A stretch of 64,000 bases of DNA, taken from positions 806,001 to 870,000 of the forward strand of contig BCGN01000002.1 of the NCBI GenBank assembly GCA_001599295.1, in the 5' to 3' direction. Under the pieces are notes generated by a model. The model saw only the letters and a program-made list of their open reading frames with translations, ran no database searches and had not been told where the DNA came from. Positions within the stretch are counted from its first letter, which is position 1; every line of letters starts with the position of its first letter. Below, piece by piece: positions 60,508 to 64,000 of this stretch. The translations under genes and the position numbers were made by a program. This stretch comes from Sporopachydermia quercuum. Taxonomy: Eukaryota.

Positions 60508-61158
60508 CTATTGATTTGGGGTTTGATCAGACCAATTGAGATTATACCTTCCTTCAGGTACTGAATAGTTCTCGATCTGATTCATTGCATCTGCAGCACT
60601 TGAAGCGGTAAGAATAAGCTTTCCATTAGCTGGCGTAATAAATCCTGAAGATATAGCTGTTTTCACATATTGTAAAATTCCATCATAGAATCCGTCAACA
60701 TTCAGTAATACTACGGGACAAGCATGAATACCTAATTGTGACCATGTTATCGCTTCAAAAACTTCTTCGATGGTGCCATAGCCACCAGGTAAAGCAATAA
60801 AAGCATCAGCTTCTTGACCCATTAATCTCTTTCTTGTATGCATATCTGACACTACTGTAGTTTCACCGTATTTATCAGGATCTGGAACACCTGAATCAAC
60901 TGTAGCACCGTCATAATCTTCTGTGGATTGTTCTTTAGAAATTAGAGCTTTCGGAATTATTCCATGAACATATCCACCATTAGTTCTCGTAGCTCTTGCC
61001 ACTGTTCCCATAATTCCAACAGTACCGCCTCCATAGACTAGTCCCCAATTTTTCTGAGCTAAAAGCTTTCCAAGCTTATCTGCTTCTGCTTCAATTGCAG
61101 GATTACTTCCTGCACGAGATCCACAGAAGACTGTTACTTTCTTTACTGGTCCTGTCAT
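60508..61158 (-). CDS. LOG1: LOG-family nucleotide phosphoribohydrolase (YJL055W-like)
   Basis: VFCGS, LVYGGG..G.MG, MHTRK, the LOG motif ALPGGYGTIEE and TWSQLGIH. Confidence 0.9.
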   Translation of the reverse strand: MTGPVKKVTVFCGSRAGSNPAIEAEADKLGKLLAQKNWGLVYGGGTVGIMGTVARATRTNGGYVHGIIPKALISKEQSTEDYDGATVDSGVPDPDKYGETTVVSDMHTRKRLMGQEADAFIALPGGYGTIEEVFEAITWSQLGIHACPVVLLNVDGFYDGILQYVKTAISSGFITPANGKLILTASSAADAMNQIENYSVPEGRYNLNWSDQTPNQ

Positions 61159-62997
61159 TATTATTCAATGTTTAGTCTTATCTTTCTTTCTGTCCTTTGA
61201 ATCCTTCCTTTTCTCACGAATAAAATAAACTTAATAGAGCAGCTTCTGATTAACTCGCTCCAATAGTTACTTAAATTTTTATAATTATGGTGATAACAGC
61301 TACTTTGGATTTGTTCTTATGAATCCCTTTTGACAGTTGTGTCATATCTTATACTTCGATAAAGATGTCAATTTGACAGCAAGATAGTTTATCATATTTG
61401 CGTTTACTTCTCGTTGTCCAAAAGAGTGTCGTTTATCTTGTCTGATACCTCTCTGACATTTGTCACGTGCATGTGCTTTAGTCATAATTCATTTCTAGAT
61501 CATGTAATCCTGAATATATTTCTTTTTTCAATCACATAATCAAATATCAGCCAGAAATAACATAAGACAATTTTTTAGCTTTCGACAATAGTTGGAGAAC
61601 TTAAGGCTAAATTGAGTGGTGGTTGAATCTAATTGGCAATATAATGAAGAGAAGAAAAGAATCGGAATCAAATAAAAGTTACAGAAAATTCAAAAGAAAA
61701 AAAAAAGAATTGGTGAATTGATCAATTAAATAAGTAGAGTTATAAACTTGNAACAGTTAGCCTAACTGTTCTTTGCAAATCAGTTGTATTAGGTAACCAA
61801 ATGAGCTAGATATGAATTAAGTATTATCCAATCACGTTTTCATTCGAAATTCTAATGCAAAATTCTATGTTAACGCTTTGCGGTCCAAATTAAGTTGAAT
61901 TTAGAAACTTGGGGTTATGTATCAAATACCTTCTATATGACTGCAAAAACGAACTGTTCTTCTTTTAGTAGTACAACGAGTCATGAAGANGGGTCCAAAA
62001 AATCTCCTTAAAAGAAACTCATTGGATGTGATATTTCTCGGTTTGAGTGCTTCGAGAAAAAGTTATAGATTCTGCTTTGTAGTCTGCTGGAAATTTCACT
62101 TGAAATCAACCCTGTATCAACAAGTCATTCCTCGCTTTATCTGATCTGTCGGTCACTACCACTGGAATTTAGCGCCATTCTTGACTCATCTGAAGCATGA
62201 AAGAGATATTCCTAACAATAGAACTCTCAATTCACGCAATAATTTGTGTTTATCCGTACCCTCTAGTTCTTTGATCATAATGATCATGAATTATTACATC
62301 GTAAGCAAGATTAAGTTGACTAAAATAAATTAATTCAACCGCATCTTTCGCTTAACTAATTCCATCCCAATAACTTGACAAAACAAAGCGAAAACTCCTC
62401 TTTTATTTTTAAGTAACAAACCAATCCCTTGATATTTATTCATTTCATTATCTCTGATTGTCGCTTTTTTCATATCAAATTTCAATCACTACTTCATCCT
62501 TTATCACTTTTTTTCACAGATCAAACTTATTTTTTTAGAATTTTCCAACCTTATTCCATACAAATCAACTTTATCCTNACTCCTTCTCTTTTGGGAAATT
62601 ATTCGCTCTCGTTTATCAATTTGCTTTTTTCCTCAGGCCTTCGCAATTAAAGGGATTGAAGAATCAACGATTGAAAGATTGAAAGATTTCAAACGACTCC
62701 AATTGGATGTCAGCTCGTCTTTTATATAGTTCATCACTTTCTTAGTGGTATAATACCTTGCGAGCTGTCGATATTTTCAGTGCCCTATTATATATTTCAA
62801 AACCGCTTTTGATTGACTAAGCTTTAGCACAGAAAACAATTTGTTGATCAAGAACGATTGAAAGTCATTCAATATAATTGTAATATATGAACTTGTGATT
62901 AAATTAAAAACTTAGAATCAGCTTCGGTACTCCAAGTGGATTTAACAATAGGGTGAGAAACGCAGTATTAAGCGCATATAATAGAGTGAGAAAAGAA

Positions 62998-64000
62998 ATG
63001 GTAGAACAAATTCCCACAAACATTCGTCAAGGCGGCGGAAGAGGTTCTGCTTGGACGGTTTTCAGATGGGGATTAATTGTCTACACAATTGTGAACTTCT
63101 TACTCAATAGATATCAGGCTAATCAAGAAGAACAAAACAAGCAATCGAGCCCAGATATTCCCTTGGAGACTCCTGAGGTAACTGGGTACAGTAGGCTTGA
63201 CGCTGAGACAAACAATTTACTTCCACCATTATTTGCAACAAGAGCGTGGCCAGGTAACGCTTCAGTAAGCTACTCAGCTTATTTAACTGATGATGAAGAT
63301 TTCTCTGACGATATAGAAGTTGTTTTCGCTGGAAACACTTCTGCTCTACCTGAGCCATTTGTTCTGAATTATCCTTATCCTTTTATATCTGGACAAGATG
63401 TTGATTTTGAAGGCTTGAAGAAAAGTGAAGTGGCTACATTTGATACAGATTTGAAGATTACTGACACTGTAGCAAATAATGGATCAATTTTCCTTCATTT
63501 ATTTCTAAAAGGTCCTGATGAAAAGCTTATTCATTACACGAGACAATTAAATCTTTACATTCCGAAACAAGTCACTGTCAAGAAGCATAAATTGATTGGT
63601 GAAAACACACAGAGTGATGAAATAGAAAATCAGACTGAATCAGAACTTGAATCAGAAAATGATGGTAAACANGAAATTGNTTCTTATTGGCATCCTAATA
63701 TCACGTTACTATACACACCAAACGGTCCCGATAAGTTGCCTGTGGACAGATTTCCCCCTGTTTTCATTGATGAAGTATTGATGCTTGATCCTGATAATAA
63801 AAGGGATGAAGCTACTGGCACTACTACTAAGTACTATCCAATGTTGTTCTTAAATCGTTTCTGGCAGTTAAAATCACAAATGAATATCATTGATAATAGC
63901 AATGTTACGATTCCTTTACATTTTTCATTATCTACTTCAGGTTTTACAAAACTGCAGATATTTTTAATGGTTGAAGACGCAATGATGAAACAGAATCAAG
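62998..64000 (+). CDS. CLPTM1-family membrane protein, 5' part (runs off the window)
   Basis: The reading frame from ATG 62998 showed no stop in the stretches I translated toward the window end. It carries NNGSIFLHLF, SYWHPNITL and YYPMLFLNRFWQLK, which are CLPTM1 motifs. It is missing from the ORF track, presumably because the stop lies outside the window. Confidence 0.85.
   Translation, partial: MVEQIPTNIRQGGGRGSAWTVFRWGLIVYTIVNFLLNRYQANQEEQNKQSSPDIPLETPEVTGYSRLDAETNNLLPPLFATRAWPGNASVSYSAYLTDDEDFSDDIEVVFAGNTSALPEPFVLNYPYPFISGQDVDFEGLKKSEVATFDTDLKITDTVANNGSIFLHLFLKGPDEKLIHYTRQLNLYIPKQVTVKKHKLIGENTQSDEIENQTESELESENDGKXEIXSYWHPNITLLYTPNGPDKLPVDRFPPVFIDEVLMLDPDNKRDEATGTTTKYYPMLFLNRFWQLKSQMNIIDNSNVTIPLHFSLSTSGFTKLQIFLMVEDAMMKQNQ

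Overview
AT-rich fungal nuclear DNA from a budding yeast (Saccharomycotina). It is probably a relatively intron-rich, early-diverging lineage: short GTAAGT/GTATGT...CTAAC...YAG introns are common and a CLPTM1 gene is present. CTG reads as Leu at conserved positions, so the genetic code is standard. The window is an ordinary gene-dense chromosome arm with about 25 protein-coding genes: RIM13, RAM1, SRP14, UBX2-like, MCH1-like, MNN10, SWI1, RAD1, MET12, RMI1, TRS23, eIF4G, an orphan membrane protein, KNS1, AMA1, MTC6-like, ALG10, SMI1, SPO12, NUS1, an SNF3/RGT2-type sensor, RRP7, STE50, LOG1 and a partial CLPTM1. It also has one intron-containing tRNA-Ala(UGC). Several genes were missed or split by the ORF track and were rebuilt by hand from splice signals (SRP14, TRS23, AMA1, MTC6, ALG10, SPO12, the orphan and CLPTM1). 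I found no CRISPR array, intact mobile element or clearly novel multi-gene system. The best leads are a spliced 263-aa orphan membrane gene with Ndt80-like sites, a GC-rich foldable ~115-nt element between RMI1 and TRS23, weak splice donors in AMA1, and the unusual tRNA-Ala. Gene names come from motif recognition only; no searches were run.
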